Part shown: piece by piece, positions 10,007 through 21,344 of the stretch
Layout of the letters: each line of letters opens with the position of its first letter
How positions within the stretch are numbered: the first letter of the stretch is position 1
Origin: Entomortierella parvispora E1425
Lineage: Eukaryota; Fungi; Mortierellomycota
Reading direction: 5' to 3'
Length of the DNA: 64,000 nucleotides
Assembly: GCA_020891255.1 (NCBI GenBank)
Contig: BQFW01000010.1
Span: forward strand, 620,001-684,000
The notes under the pieces: model-generated
Seen by the model: the letters and a program-made list of their open reading frames with translations, nothing else
The model's database searches: none
What the model was told of the DNA's origin: nothing
Position numbers and translations under genes: made by a program

Positions 10007-13000
10007 TTACTGCTGTTGTTCAAAGAGCCGCTTATTCGTCTCGGTCAGCCCCTTGACGCCCTGGATATTGGCCTTTGACAACACAAGCGTATCAGGAGCG
10101 GATCGCCACTGCAGACGAAACTGAACACCTTCGGCATCCTGCACCACTTTCCACAAACGAACAGACTTGTCCCAACCGCCCACTGCGAGATACGTGTCAT
10201 CGAGAACAATCTTCCACGAGATACTGGTAACGCCGTCTTGAAACCCTCCCAGAACGAACAAACATTGACCAGTGTCTACATCCCACAGTCGCAGTGTCTT
10301 GTCGTAACCACCAGAGGCCATCCGCAGGCCGCAGGGAGAAAATGCCAGAGATGAAACATAGGCAGTGTGGCCCCTCAAAGTGGTGCTGTGGTCGCCTGTT
10401 CGCGCATCCCAGAGTCGTATAGTCCTGTCATAACTGCTAGAGGCAACATGCTGGCCACTAGGTGAAAACACGACAGACGGGACAGAGTGCGCGTGCCCGC
10501 TCAAGGTAAATCTAAGCGCGCCTGTCTGAACATCCCAGAGTCGCACAGTCCTGTCCTTGCTGCTTGAGGCGAGCTGCTCGCCGCTGGGTGAGTAGGCCAC
10601 AGAATATACAACGCCGGTGTGGCCACTCAAGATGGACGTGAGAGCACCAGTCTGCACATCCCACAATCGCACAGTCTTGTCCTTGCTTCCTGAGGCAATC
10701 TGACGACCGCAGGGAGAATACGCCACAGAAAAAATATAGCTGGTGTGGCCACTCAAGGTAGAGCTAATGGTGCCTGTCCGTACGTCCCACAATCGCACAG
10801 TGTTGTCCTGACTGCCTGAAGCGATCTGCTGGCCACTGGGTGAGTACACCACAGAAAAAACAAGACTGGTGTGGCCGCTCAAGGTGGCGGTGAGAGCTCC
10901 TGTCTGTACATCCCATAATCGCACAGTTGAGTCCTGACTTCCCGAGGCAACTTGCTGGCCGCTGGGAGAAAACGCCAAAGATGTTACATCTCTAGTATGG
11001 CCATTAAAGGTGATATCGTCGGTGTGTACATCCCATAGTCGCACAACTGTACCATAACTGCTTGAGGCGATTTGCTGGTCGTTGGGAGAATATGCCACAG
11101 AAACTATACTATCGATGTGACCGCTGAAGGTGGAAGTCAGTGTCCCAGTCTGCACATCCCACAGCTTCACAGTCTGATCAGCACTACCCGAAGCAAGCTG
11201 TCGGCCGTTGGAAGAATATGTTACAGCAGTAACATAATCACTATGGCCCCTCAGAATTGATGTGAGAGCGCCTGTCTGCGCGTCCCAGAGTCGAATGGTG
11301 TGGTCCATGCTACCTGAAGCGATCTGTAGGCCGTTTGGTGAATAAGTTACAGAAAGCACATGACTATTGTGTCCATGCAAGGTAGAGCAAAGAGAGCCGG
11401 TTTGTGCATCCCAAAGCCGCACAGTGTTGTCCTCACTTCCTGAGACAATCTGCTGACCGCTTGGAGAATACCCCACAGACCTCACGCAACTGGTGTGGCT
11501 ACTCAAAGTGGAGCAGAGAGCACCAGTCTCTGTGTCCCATAGTCGCACAGTACTGTCATCGCTGCCTGAAGCGATCTGTTGACCATTAGGAGAAATCGCC
11601 ACAGAAAGCACATCGTCGGTGTGACCGCTCAACGTAAAGATAAGAGCGCCTGTCTGCACATCCCAGAGTCGCACAGTCATGTCCTTGCTGCCTGTGACCA
11701 TCTGCTTACCGCTGTGAGAATAAGCAAAAGATGTTACAGCGTTGGAATAGCTCATCGTGATAGCTCCACGTCCGTCGGTTTCGATATCTTTGACAGTTCC
11801 AGTGTGTCCATGTAAGTAGGTCTCGCTCCAGGTGGATGTGTCATACATGGCAATTGAGCCAGATTCCAGACCAACTGCCAGCTGCTTTCCATCAGGTGAG
11901 AACCTACAACACCAGGCAATGGTCTTTTGCAAAATATATGGCCACTGCCCAAATTTGATACCCTCCATCTGCGAGTCGCTCAAATCGGCATGCCGCAACC
12001 AGACGTTTCGAAGCGTGGTGTTTCTCAAGTCTGCTCCCTGCAGCTGAGCCAAATCAAAGTCGCCATAACTCAAATCCGCACCAGGAACTCGGATTCCGCT
12101 CAGATCTGCGCCATTGAAACGCTCACTGGCTCGGATCAAAATGGTAACGGCATTGGCTGCAGCCTGGCTAACTGCGGCCTCGGCCTTGGAAAGACGCAGG
12201 ATGTTTTGAAGTTGAGTACTGAACTCTCGACTTTGGTGAACACGCTCGGCTAGAAAGTGGACGATGGAAGACTCTGAGACGATTCTGATTTGACCGAGAG
12301 GATGCTTGACAATAGGCAATGGGCTGTCGCTTGAATCAAGGCATGTTGCAAGATCCAGCTGAGATACGTTTCCTCTTGGATCGAAAATCAAGCATGAATA
12401 AAAGTACTCTAGCAGGGATCGATGACTGAATTCATACAAGTTTCTTTTGCGAGATGGGCGAACGCTGTGTCGAATTAATCGGAGAGGCTCCAGGAAGTTC
12501 TCTCTGCAGACCAGCTGAGCCGACTGGCGCAGTAACTTTGTCCGAAAATCAGGACCAAAGAATGCGTCCTTCCACGACCCGCTATCGAAGACCGCTGAGT
12601 ATGTCACGGAATTCAGGCCCTCTTGCTCTTTGAACAGGCAGTACGACAGCTGCTTCGAGAAATCCCGTCCAAGGTGCTCGATGTCGTCGTTTTCCAGCGA
12701 TAAAAATACCGAGAGAATACCATTATCCATTTTTCCATTGGAGTGTTGATTGATCAGCCGTTGTTTTTCCGACTCGAAATGCAGCTCCACGAAACGATCA
12801 TAAAGGTCAACTCGTGTCATCTTGGTTGTGGTTCCAGCAATTCTTGGGAGAACATCCAGAATCATCTTGAGCATGAAGGGGTTCTTGGCCAGCTCCATCA
12901 GATGGGTAATATTCTTGAGGCGCTCCATGTATTGTTCTGTGGTCCACTCTGCCTCCTTACCCAAGTAGTCTGAAGCCTTAGGCACTTGAGTGAATCGCTC

Positions 13001-15301
13001 GACGTATTCTCTGATCTGACTCATCCTGAAGGGGACAATTACGGCTTCCTCGTAGAGATTCGACGTATGAGAAAAATTTGGGTTGTCTATGGTTGCTGTT
13101 TCTGGTTCAAAATAGTTCCGATAATTGGGTCCGAGGTATTGAGTACGACAGCTGATAATCATCTTTGCCTGCCATTGTCGATGTTTGTTGAATTGGTTTT
13201 TGGTATGAAGGTTGGTCCATTTATGACATTCGTCGTACCCGTCGCAAACCAAAATGAATTGTCGGGAGCCTCTCATGCTTTCTATTTGTAGATCGGTGAA
13301 AAAGCCCAAGTCTTCCAGATGTTGACGAACCATATCCTTGTCCGGCGCGTCGACTGTCTTCAGATCAATAAATAATGGAATACGTCCCCCAGGTTTGTAT
13401 CCGGCCCAGAGCTCAGCTTCCAAACGCAGGCCAAACGTCGACTTGCCAGCACCAGAGTCTCCAAGGACAAGCAGAACTTCACTCTTGCTTCCAAGAAAAT
13501 TACTGGTGCGCTCCTGCAACTCGACTAGGACTTCCTCTGATGCCTGAAGATTTTGCTTCGATAGTAGTTGGATATAAACTGCCCGCCTGTCATACGCTCT
13601 GGATCGTTGCCGGAGGAGTCGATCAATGGCAAACTCGACATCAGGATCCGTGTTCACCATGTGTAATAGCGGAGAAGATATGGGTAGAGGTAGGCTACCC
13701 AACAATGGCTGTGCGAACTCGAACGGTTTGACGTTCCTGACCCTTAAACCGCAGGTTAAACTAGTTGTCCTTTCCATGATCGCCTCGTTATAAATAGCTA
13801 GTGGATCATGGAAGCCATCTGCGATAAATGAGACAGAAAGTTCTGAAATGTGTCGAAGGATTGTCAATGCCCAGCTCCTGATTACATATCCAGATTTTAC
13901 ACGCGCGCTGGTCTTGGTGTACTCTTGCAGGAGAGTAATAGCTTGGTGGCGAGCATTTATGTTGCAAGTAGGATCCACCGCAAGCTCTCCTAGAATCTGA
14001 CAGACATGCCACTGAAAGTTGGTGTTGTCACTGCTGGGTCCCTTGTAGATCAGCTTGTGAAGGTCCGTCAAGAGGCGGTGTCGTACGAAACCTTTTGCTC
14101 TTTGAACATCTTGAAACCACTGCTTTGGACTGTTGGTCCTCAAGGTCTTTCTCAGTAGCTGATCGAGATTGGTGCCTGCCGTCTGTCTGCCAGAGACTGA
14201 TACTAGCGTCTGCATTGCTAATCGAGCCTGAAACTTTACAAGAGGGTCCTTGTGCCTTTGCTGAGTTGACAAAATCCTGAATAATGGACCGAATTCTACA
14301 CGAATTTCGTCCTTTGGCAGGCAAGTCCCCAGAGCTGTAAATAAGACCGTCACTGCAGCAGTCAAATGGATGATGTCTTCTCTGTTCTTTTTTGGTGTTT
14401 CCTCCAGGCGCTTCCATATGGGTCTCAGAATGAGGGTCAAATTATCGAATGCAAGAAAGTCGGGCGGACTATCCCTAACCAACTGAACAACACCAAGAAG
14501 AATGTTGACGTCCAATGAAGTATCTCGCTGAAACTCCTGAATAAAGATTCCGACGAGATCCAGATAATGGCCTTTGTTCAACAGTGGGCTAATAAGAATG
14601 ACCTCTCGAATAGAATCCGGATCCCTGGTAGGCTCTGCTACAAACTTGTTGGCCATCTGAGTGATCACACTGTAGAGGTGTCTTTTTTCCAGCGGATTAC
14701 TTTCCATGTACTGGATCCACTCCTCTTGGCTATTACCGTATATAGACGGCAACAGTCCTGACAATGGCAACGGCAGTGGAAGCGGTGTTGGGTCGTCACA
14801 TGCCTTATCAAGGAGGCGACAGCAGTGGAAAAGTAAAACGGTATCCCCTATGGGCTCATCGTCTCCTGGCGCAGGAACAGCGATACATCTCTTCTGTTCG
14901 AGTGAGGAACCACCTGCTGCTACTGTCAACAAGTTTGGGGTTTGAAGAGACGGCAATGTCGGTGTAGATCCTGCATCCGAAAGTGATGAGGCATTTTGAC
15001 CCTGTTTTTGACTCAAGAGTGTTTGTGCGAAGGGAAGGCACCTTCCTGATGATCCAGTAGTCAAGCTAGAATCCTTTGTTGAGAGACTGCGAGCTGTTGC
15101 TACAACCGTAGAAATCTCTGAACTGACGCCGAGTGCATCTGTTGTTGGGTTGGGTGTAGTTTGACGACCTTGAACTGGAATTGATTGGACAAAGGGCTGG
15201 GGTTGCATTGGCATATCTACAGGCGTCGGTGTTGATGAGTGTGCATCATTGCTGACATGGGTGTCGCTGCCCAACTGGACGCTGGGGTGCTGTAGATCCA
15301 T
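10007..15301 (-). CDS. NACHT-WD40 NLR-like protein (helical N-terminal domain, NACHT, pentapeptide repeats, 14 WD40 repeats), single exon, 1764 aa
   Basis: Walker A GDSGAGKST at 13436-13462, Walker B FILVCDGYDE, IISCRTQYL sensor, pentapeptide stretch FNGADLSGIRVPGADLSYGDFDLAQLQGADL, and 14 GH..WD units with a 126-bp period. Confidence 0.93.
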   Translation of the reverse strand: MDLQHPSVQLGSDTHVSNDAHSSTPTPVDMPMQPQPFVQSIPVQGRQTTPNPTTDALGVSSEISTVVATARSLSTKDSSLTTGSSGRCLPFAQTLLSQKQGQNASSLSDAGSTPTLPSLQTPNLLTVAAGGSSLEQKRCIAVPAPGDDEPIGDTVLLFHCCRLLDKACDDPTPLPLPLPLSGLLPSIYGNSQEEWIQYMESNPLEKRHLYSVITQMANKFVAEPTRDPDSIREVILISPLLNKGHYLDLVGIFIQEFQRDTSLDVNILLGVVQLVRDSPPDFLAFDNLTLILRPIWKRLEETPKKNREDIIHLTAAVTVLFTALGTCLPKDEIRVEFGPLFRILSTQQRHKDPLVKFQARLAMQTLVSVSGRQTAGTNLDQLLRKTLRTNSPKQWFQDVQRAKGFVRHRLLTDLHKLIYKGPSSDNTNFQWHVCQILGELAVDPTCNINARHQAITLLQEYTKTSARVKSGYVIRSWALTILRHISELSVSFIADGFHDPLAIYNEAIMERTTSLTCGLRVRNVKPFEFAQPLLGSLPLPISSPLLHMVNTDPDVEFAIDRLLRQRSRAYDRRAVYIQLLSKQNLQASEEVLVELQERTSNFLGSKSEVLLVLGDSGAGKSTFGLRLEAELWAGYKPGGRIPLFIDLKTVDAPDKDMVRQHLEDLGFFTDLQIESMRGSRQFILVCDGYDECHKWTNLHTKNQFNKHRQWQAKMIISCRTQYLGPNYRNYFEPETATIDNPNFSHTSNLYEEAVIVPFRMSQIREYVERFTQVPKASDYLGKEAEWTTEQYMERLKNITHLMELAKNPFMLKMILDVLPRIAGTTTKMTRVDLYDRFVELHFESEKQRLINQHSNGKMDNGILSVFLSLENDDIEHLGRDFSKQLSYCLFKEQEGLNSVTYSAVFDSGSWKDAFFGPDFRTKLLRQSAQLVCRENFLEPLRLIRHSVRPSRKRNLYEFSHRSLLEYFYSCLIFDPRGNVSQLDLATCLDSSDSPLPIVKHPLGQIRIVSESSIVHFLAERVHQSREFSTQLQNILRLSKAEAAVSQAAANAVTILIRASERFNGADLSGIRVPGADLSYGDFDLAQLQGADLRNTTLRNVWLRHADLSDSQMEGIKFGQWPYILQKTIAWCCRFSPDGKQLAVGLESGSIAMYDTSTWSETYLHGHTGTVKDIETDGRGAITMSYSNAVTSFAYSHSGKQMVTGSKDMTVRLWDVQTGALIFTLSGHTDDVLSVAISPNGQQIASGSDDSTVRLWDTETGALCSTLSSHTSCVRSVGYSPSGQQIVSGSEDNTVRLWDAQTGSLCSTLHGHNSHVLSVTYSPNGLQIASGSMDHTIRLWDAQTGALTSILRGHSDYVTAVTYSSNGRQLASGSADQTVKLWDVQTGTLTSTFSGHIDSIVSVAYSPNDQQIASSSYGTVVRLWDVHTDDITFNGHTRDVTSLAFSPSGQQVASGSQDSTVRLWDVQTGALTATLSGHTSLVFSVVYSPSGQQIASGSQDNTVRLWDVRTGTISSTLSGHTSYIFSVAYSPCGRQIASGSKDKTVRLWDVQTGALTSILSGHTGVVYSVAYSPSGEQLASSSKDRTVRLWDVQTGALRFTLSGHAHSVPSVVFSPSGQHVASSSYDRTIRLWDARTGDHSTTLRGHTAYVSSLAFSPCGLRMASGGYDKTLRLWDVDTGQCLFVLGGFQDGVTSISWKIVLDDTYLAVGGWDKSVRLWKVVQDAEGVQFRLQWRSAPDTLVLSKANIQGVKGLTETNKRLFEQQQ

Positions 15302-15870
15302 TACTGCCTAAGGCAAGCGAAGTGCAAAAGTGAATAACATTCTACGCGTTATCATTAGCGTGTCGAGGCTAGAAGACAGTAACGATCGCTCTGTACCTCG
15401 ATAAAGAACCCCTTAGATCCTCAGACGACCTATGGCACCTAATCATAATGCAAGTTACAAAGGCTGGAAAGGGTAAACAACCACTCTGCTCAGAACGCTG
15501 TTTGTGTCGCTCTCAAGCGTAGGAGAGCCACAATGAGCTTACCAGGTTGACAATGGAGCCCAGTGGCCAATGGCAGTCAGATGAATGAAAGAGACTGATG
15601 AGACGTACAGATGGAGAGAATAAAGGATGGAAAGAGAGGGCGAGGCATGGGAGAATGGAAGGATGGAAGGAAGGAAGGATGAAGATGGAGGCATGGAAGA
15701 CATGGAGCGTTGCCAGAGGACAAATCAAGGCATCCAGGGCGAGAGAGCCAACAAAAAGGGCGTGTGCCCCTGTTCTCCTTTCGTGCAGCCAGAGGATCCC
15801 TTTTGGGAAAATGATCCCATGTGAGACCTGAGGGTATTATAAAATTAATTTTTTTTTCTCCCTGGTTGTG

Positions 15871-15906
15871 ATCGACACGAATCGACGCGCAATCGACGCG
15901 CAATCG
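15871..15906. repeat. Short tandem repeat of ATCGACGCGCA-like 11-mers in a divergent promoter
   Basis: ATCGACACGA-ATCGACGCGCA-ATCGACGCGCA-ATCG between the divergent NACHT-WD40 and reductase genes. Confidence 0.6.
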
Positions 15907-16048
15907 CTCTGTCCTTACTGTAAAAGGAACGGGACTGCTCCCCCATTTTGGATCTGTTTTCATTCTTGTCTCTCTTTCCTCTTTATCCTGTTCCTCTCTT
16001 TTATCCCATTCCTCTCTTTATCCTATTATCCTACACCTCACATATAAT

Positions 16049-16822
16049 ATGTCCATCCCAAAACACTCTGCCTTGATCCTAGGTGGCACCGGTGCTGTCG
16101 GAAAGTGCCTCGTCCGCGATGCACTGGCCTCCAATGCCTTCTCCCGTGTCCTCGCCCTCGGCCGTCGCCCTGTCCCCCTCGACAACACTTTCACAAACAC
16201 CGCCGTGCTCGACCAAAAGACCGTCGATTTTGAGCACGTCCAGGACTCGTTCCCGTCCGATCTACCCCAGGTGGTCTTTTGTACTCTTGGTACCAACCTG
16301 ACCTCTGCTCCCTCGGTCGAGGCATGGAAGCGAGTCGATCAGCAATACGTCGTCGACTCTGCTCGTTACATCCACGAAAAGGCCCCCAAGGATCCAGAGA
16401 CGGGCCTCTCCAAGGTCCACTTCCTGTACTGCTCTGCTGTTGGTGCCAATCACAAATCGTTCTTCTTGGGCACCAGGACCAAAGGAGAGACGGAGCAAGC
16501 GCTGGCCAAGATTGGGTTTGAGCGCGTAAGCATCTTCCAGCCAGCTATCCTCAAGGTGGTCGAGCCTCGTGAATCGGTGACCTATGTCGAGAGGATCGCT
16601 ACGAAATTCGTGCCCTTGTTGGATTATGTGGCCGAAAAGTCGACCACGGTGAGTGTGGCGACAGTGGCCCAGTGCATGCGCCTTGTCGGCACCTCGGACA
16701 CCCCAGAGGTAGCAGGAGTAGCGCCCAAGAAGGTCGAGGTCTTTCCAGAGTCCAAGACGACCGTAGCCTACTACAGCAATGCCAAGATCCATGAGATAGT
16801 AAACAGCGCTTCTAAACTGTAA
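16049..16822 (+). CDS. NAD(P)-binding Rossmann-fold protein, HTATIP2(TIP30)/Fmp52-like
   Basis: ALILGGTGAVG dinucleotide motif, VLALGRR, VFCTLGT, VDQQYV, YCSAVGAN, TKGETE, IFQPAIL. Confidence 0.88.
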   Translation: MSIPKHSALILGGTGAVGKCLVRDALASNAFSRVLALGRRPVPLDNTFTNTAVLDQKTVDFEHVQDSFPSDLPQVVFCTLGTNLTSAPSVEAWKRVDQQYVVDSARYIHEKAPKDPETGLSKVHFLYCSAVGANHKSFFLGTRTKGETEQALAKIGFERVSIFQPAILKVVEPRESVTYVERIATKFVPLLDYVAEKSTTVSVATVAQCMRLVGTSDTPEVAGVAPKKVEVFPESKTTVAYYSNAKIHEIVNSASKL

Positions 16823-17326
16823 AAGTCGAATGCTCACATTTATTGTTTCCATAGACTCTGTATAATAACATAAAGAAAACACCTCGTAACAGGTCCCTGG
16901 CGATCCTTCTTGACTTTTCCCTTCATCGAAGCAACACGCCATCCTCGATTGTGGAGATCTCTGTGAGCTGCCCTCGATCTGCCTAATCCATCCACAGAGA
17001 TCAACCCTAAAGAAGACAGACAGAATCCAGCCGAGGGCGAATTGGATGGATAGGGATGCTCTCATATTTGTTGTCTTTGAGGACTCATGGGTTGCTCGTG
17101 TGCCTGTTGGACATGCAATGTAGCTCTCATCTTTTTTTTCTGTGCGACGCGTGAAAAAGCATGTTGAGGTCGCACGAAACCTGCAGTGGGCATGGATGTC
17201 CGCTGTCCATGGCAATAGAAACAACGGCTCAACCTCAGTCAAACTCTGCTTGCTCATCTCTTTCCTCATCCCATTCCCCCTTCATCCCTCATCACTCTCC
17301 CCTCATTCGTTCCCTCATTCGACTCA

Positions 17327-19038
17327 ATGTCGACACCACCACCACAAAGGGTTCTCATTGCAGGCGCAGGACTGGGTGGTCTTTTGCTGGCCATCCTTCT
17401 GGAAAGGGCTGGGATCGAGTACCATGTCTACGAGAAGCACGACGAGTTCCGAGCCCTGGGCAGCGTCACAAGTCTCTCGGCCAACATCATGCCCGTCTTT
17501 GACCAGCTCGGTCTTCTGAAAGAGCTTCAACAGATCTCGCTGGTCATGTCCGAGATCAATGTCTACAACCACAAGATGACCAGGGTTGGACATATCAACG
17601 TTCATATTCAAAAGGAGAAGTAATATCGATAGCCTCCTCTTCATTGTACGAACAAAGGGTTAGACGATTCTATATTAACAGCTCGCATTTCTTTCTGTTT
17701 GATCTGCACTAGGTCCGGGTACGACGTGTTGATGATGTGGCGTAAGGACTTGCACCAGTTGCTTGTGAACCATGTGCCAAAGGAAAAGATCTCCCTCAGT
17801 CAAAAGATTGTTTCGATTGAGCAGACAAAGTCGGATGTGACGATCGTCTGTGCAGGTGGTCAAAGACACCGAGGAGCTCTCTTGGTGGGGGCCGACGGCG
17901 CCTACAGTGCTGTTCGCAAGAGCATGTACGACACCCTCGCCAAGGCAAACAAGCTCGACCCAGACGATTTGATCCCAATGAAGGCCACTCATATCGCCAT
18001 CCTGGGAGCTACCGAATCGGTCGAACACTCTCAGTACCCCTGGGCCCATGAAGAAAAGAGCTCTATGGAATGCTACCTAGGAGAGAGCTCGAAGCATACG
18101 GTAAAAGAACAGGCGCTTATTGTTACTTATCAGCTTTGCTTTGATCAACATACTCACTCTCCCTCTTTTTGTCCCTCGGACGACACCTTAGTGGCGCCTT
18201 TTCAACATCAAGGGAGCCAAGATCTGCTGGTCAATCTCTTTTCAAATAGACCCGACTGCCTTTGACGATAAGGAGATGGACCAATTGGCAGAGTGGGATC
18301 GCCAGTCCTTCAACCCAGACTCTGAAAAGTGGCGCGATTTTGCAACCAAGATCGGATGCACAATGGCAGACCTGATCAATCTCACCCCGACCGATTCAAT
18401 TGCCAAAGTCATGTTTGAAGAAAAGCTTTTCGAGACTTGGCACCATGGGCGCGTGGTCTTGCTGGGCGATGCCTGTCATAAGATGTTGCCTAGCGCTGGA
18501 AGAGGTGCCCTCAATGCCATGCTTGACAGTGTAGTAGTGGCGAATGCGATATACGAAATGACGTCCTTCTCAAACTTGGACCAGATTCAAAAGGGCTTCA
18601 GGGGCTACTACTTGGAGCGGTATCCACATGCTGCGTCTGAAATCTCATCAAGCAAACAAATGGCGCGAGTCACCTCTGGAGATGTAAGGAACTGTATTAC
18701 TTTCATGTTTCCTTTGTTTTCTTTTTTATTTCCTGTGAGTACCAAATGTTTACGTTTGTCACCCCTATTAGACGTGGCTCGACAAGTTGACGCGCAGGTA
18801 CGTTCTGAACCTGATGCCCAAGTGGATCCACCGCAAGAATGCAGAAGACGCAGTTCGATTCAGACCCCAGGCCTCGTTCTTGCCCCAAGTTGGAAGCAAA
18901 GGATCCGAGCCTGCCCTGCCTCAGAAGATATCCAAAAAGTACAAAGGGCTACGCATGGTAACCAAGAGTTCAGATGACAGTCAGAACGAGAAGATTGTCA
19001 AGTTAGCGCCTGTAGTTCCGGAAGTAGCCGTCGTCTAG
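17327..19038 (+). CDS. FAD-dependent monooxygenase (FAD_binding_3 / class A), 4 exons
   Basis: VLIAGAGLGGL, LLVGADGAYSAVR, RVVLLGDACHKMLPSAGRGALNAMLD. Three GT-AG introns join ORFs 17327, 17699, 18276 and 18787. Confidence 0.92.
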
Positions 19039-19405
19039 ACGGTTGCTAAGTAATAAACACCGTATTTGATCGATTTTTTGGTTGACACACGTCGAGGCAT
19101 GGAGTGCATTTACAAAGGCAAGTGGTGATATTGGTGGGTGCTCAGAAAAAATAGAATGCCCGCGGGGAAAGTGAGGGTTTCGATTTGGGACAGGCGCAGA
19201 TGATCTGACAATAGCTTGGATTGTTTCTTTCACGGGGGAAAGTGCACTAAGAACAGTCTCAATCGGGAGGCTGCGCCCAGAAGAAATTATCATGCCCGGT
19301 GAATGTTTATTTCGCCTTCCCCCCCCCTTTTTCTGAGCATGCTTTAGTTTTTTCTCTTCGTATCTCGCTCTGAATGTATTGGCGGTTAAATTAAATTAAA
19401 GTACT

Positions 19406-20911
19406 CTATTGGAATGCCACATCAAACTTCTTGGCCTCCTTGGCTCCACCACTCGAGAACCCAGATCCCTCGCTTGTCAGCGAAACAATATCCTTGTCCT
19501 TTGTCTTCTTCCCGCAAGTTTGGCACTTGCCTTCCTTTTTGACGAATTGTTTGCAGCAGTTATCGCAGAACACATGACCGCAGTTACGGAGAATCGACAT
19601 CTTGGTCGTGTTTGTGAATCCTTTGCGGCATATGGGGCAGATGGCTGATTTCTTGGCCAGCTTGGGATCTGACCCATCATTGTCATCAACAGCAGTCTCG
19701 AACTGGACTGTAATCAAGTTCTTTAAACTGAGGAAAGGAACGGGTATAAAGAGAGGACAGACAGATCAATCTCCATCGGCGAAACAAAAAAGTAGCGCGC
19801 AATGCATTGCCTATTCTTGGACATGTCAATGGCCTGACTTACCTCAACTTGTGCTCTTCCTCACCGGCTGTGCACATAGTATGATGTTTTGTCGCCTTGA
19901 ACTCTGTCTTTTTGTTGGAAGGAGTGAGAGAGGGCTAAAAAGTGGACATTGGAGAACGTGCGTTAGATCCAAAAGCATTGCCTACTTGACCGACAGAGCA
20001 TAGCTATTCATAATTCTCGGTCTATTACCACCCAGAAACTTGGCAAGACGGGCTTTTTGGCCTTTTCCTATTTGCATTTGATTGATCATGTAGAGGTCGT
20101 TAGGGTCCTGATCCATAGACCGTGTCTGTTTTTTTTTCTCTCCGATCCAAACAAAAGATCATTCTCATCAGATCGTTACCTCTGCCTCGAGCACCTTTGC
20201 AACCTCAATCCTCTCCTGTTTTGACATCCTCTCCAGCTCCTCCTCATCCAACTCAAAAGGTCTCTTTTTGGAGTTTACTGACGATGGTGTGGATGATGCC
20301 GAAGAGTGGGTCTGCACAAGGGGCGAGTCTGCGATCTTCGCACTGTCAGCAGTCTGTCCACGAACGGTCCTTGACTTTGAGAGAACGCCCATTTGACTCC
20401 TTTCAAACTCGCTCAAGATGACCTGCTGTGCAATCGCCTCCTTGAGTTCCTGCTCTTTTTCTTCCTGTGCCTGGTAAAGCTCCAACTGTTTCGCCTGACG
20501 TGCAATCTCGGCCTTTTGAGCCAGCAGGTTCTCGAATATACACTCTTTGCAGGACAAATGACCCTCGGGACAGCAGACTGGGTCGCGGGCAGTCTGGAGA
20601 CAGAGATAGCAGGCGTCATAGTCTCTCAAAGAGTCCCGTCCAAGACGTTGCTAATGAATCGAGAAATTTGCATCAAAAATTAATAAAATACGCTGAAGTC
20701 AGGTTTCCTTCATGCATTGGTCAGCATTAACAGCATTAACATCAAGTCAAGGGTTATTCATTTCAGAGGTTGATGCCATCCTGCAAACTCCAATGACCAA
20801 TTGAGTTGAAGGGGGGGTGAATCGTACCTTCTTGGTACCATAGTCGAGCATCTGCATCTCGGCATATGTAAAATGGCCTCTGGCCGTGTTGTTTTTTGAG
20901 TGGCGTGACAT
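19406..20911 (-). CDS. NOSIP: Nitric oxide synthase-interacting protein homolog (RING/U-box-like), multi-exon
   Basis: MSRHSKNNTARGHFTYAE...YGTKK|QRLGRDSLRDYDACYLCLQTARDPVCCPEGHLSCKECIFENLL, PVLPSFW, and C-terminal CPICRK...CGHVFCDNC...CQTC...GSGFSSGG. Confidence 0.92.
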
Positions 20912-21344
20912 TGTGAGTCTCTCCTATGTCCTGTTGTATCTGTTGAGAGTGAGTCCTGTCTTCCTCCTGCTTGATGGGTGTCCGTGGCAGGTAGCTGTCT
21001 TGCGTGCGTCGAGGAGGTGAAGGGATGCAGAGAGCAAGGCAATAAAAGAATAAAGAGGCGATCGCATGGAGGCAGAAAGAGGTTTTCTAAGCCACCAACT
21101 GCCTGATCGTGTGCTCTGCGCTGTTCTTTTTGGGGCATGCGTTGGATGCATGCATCTCTTTTTATTTCTTACTCTCGTTTCTCAGCGTCATCGCAGCAGC
21201 AAGGAATCGCAAGCAGGCTAGGAGCGCCATCACCATCGACCATCACCGAGCTTATCCCCGCGGGACAGCATCCATTTCCTTGAATTCTTACGCGAGCGTG
21301 GACCAGCACTTTTTTTTCTTTATAATCAACCCCCCCTTCTTAGC

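Noticed and set aside
16262-17269. 335-aa minus-strand ORF
   Set aside because: Antisense to the reductase CDS with no recognisable domain; a shadow ORF.
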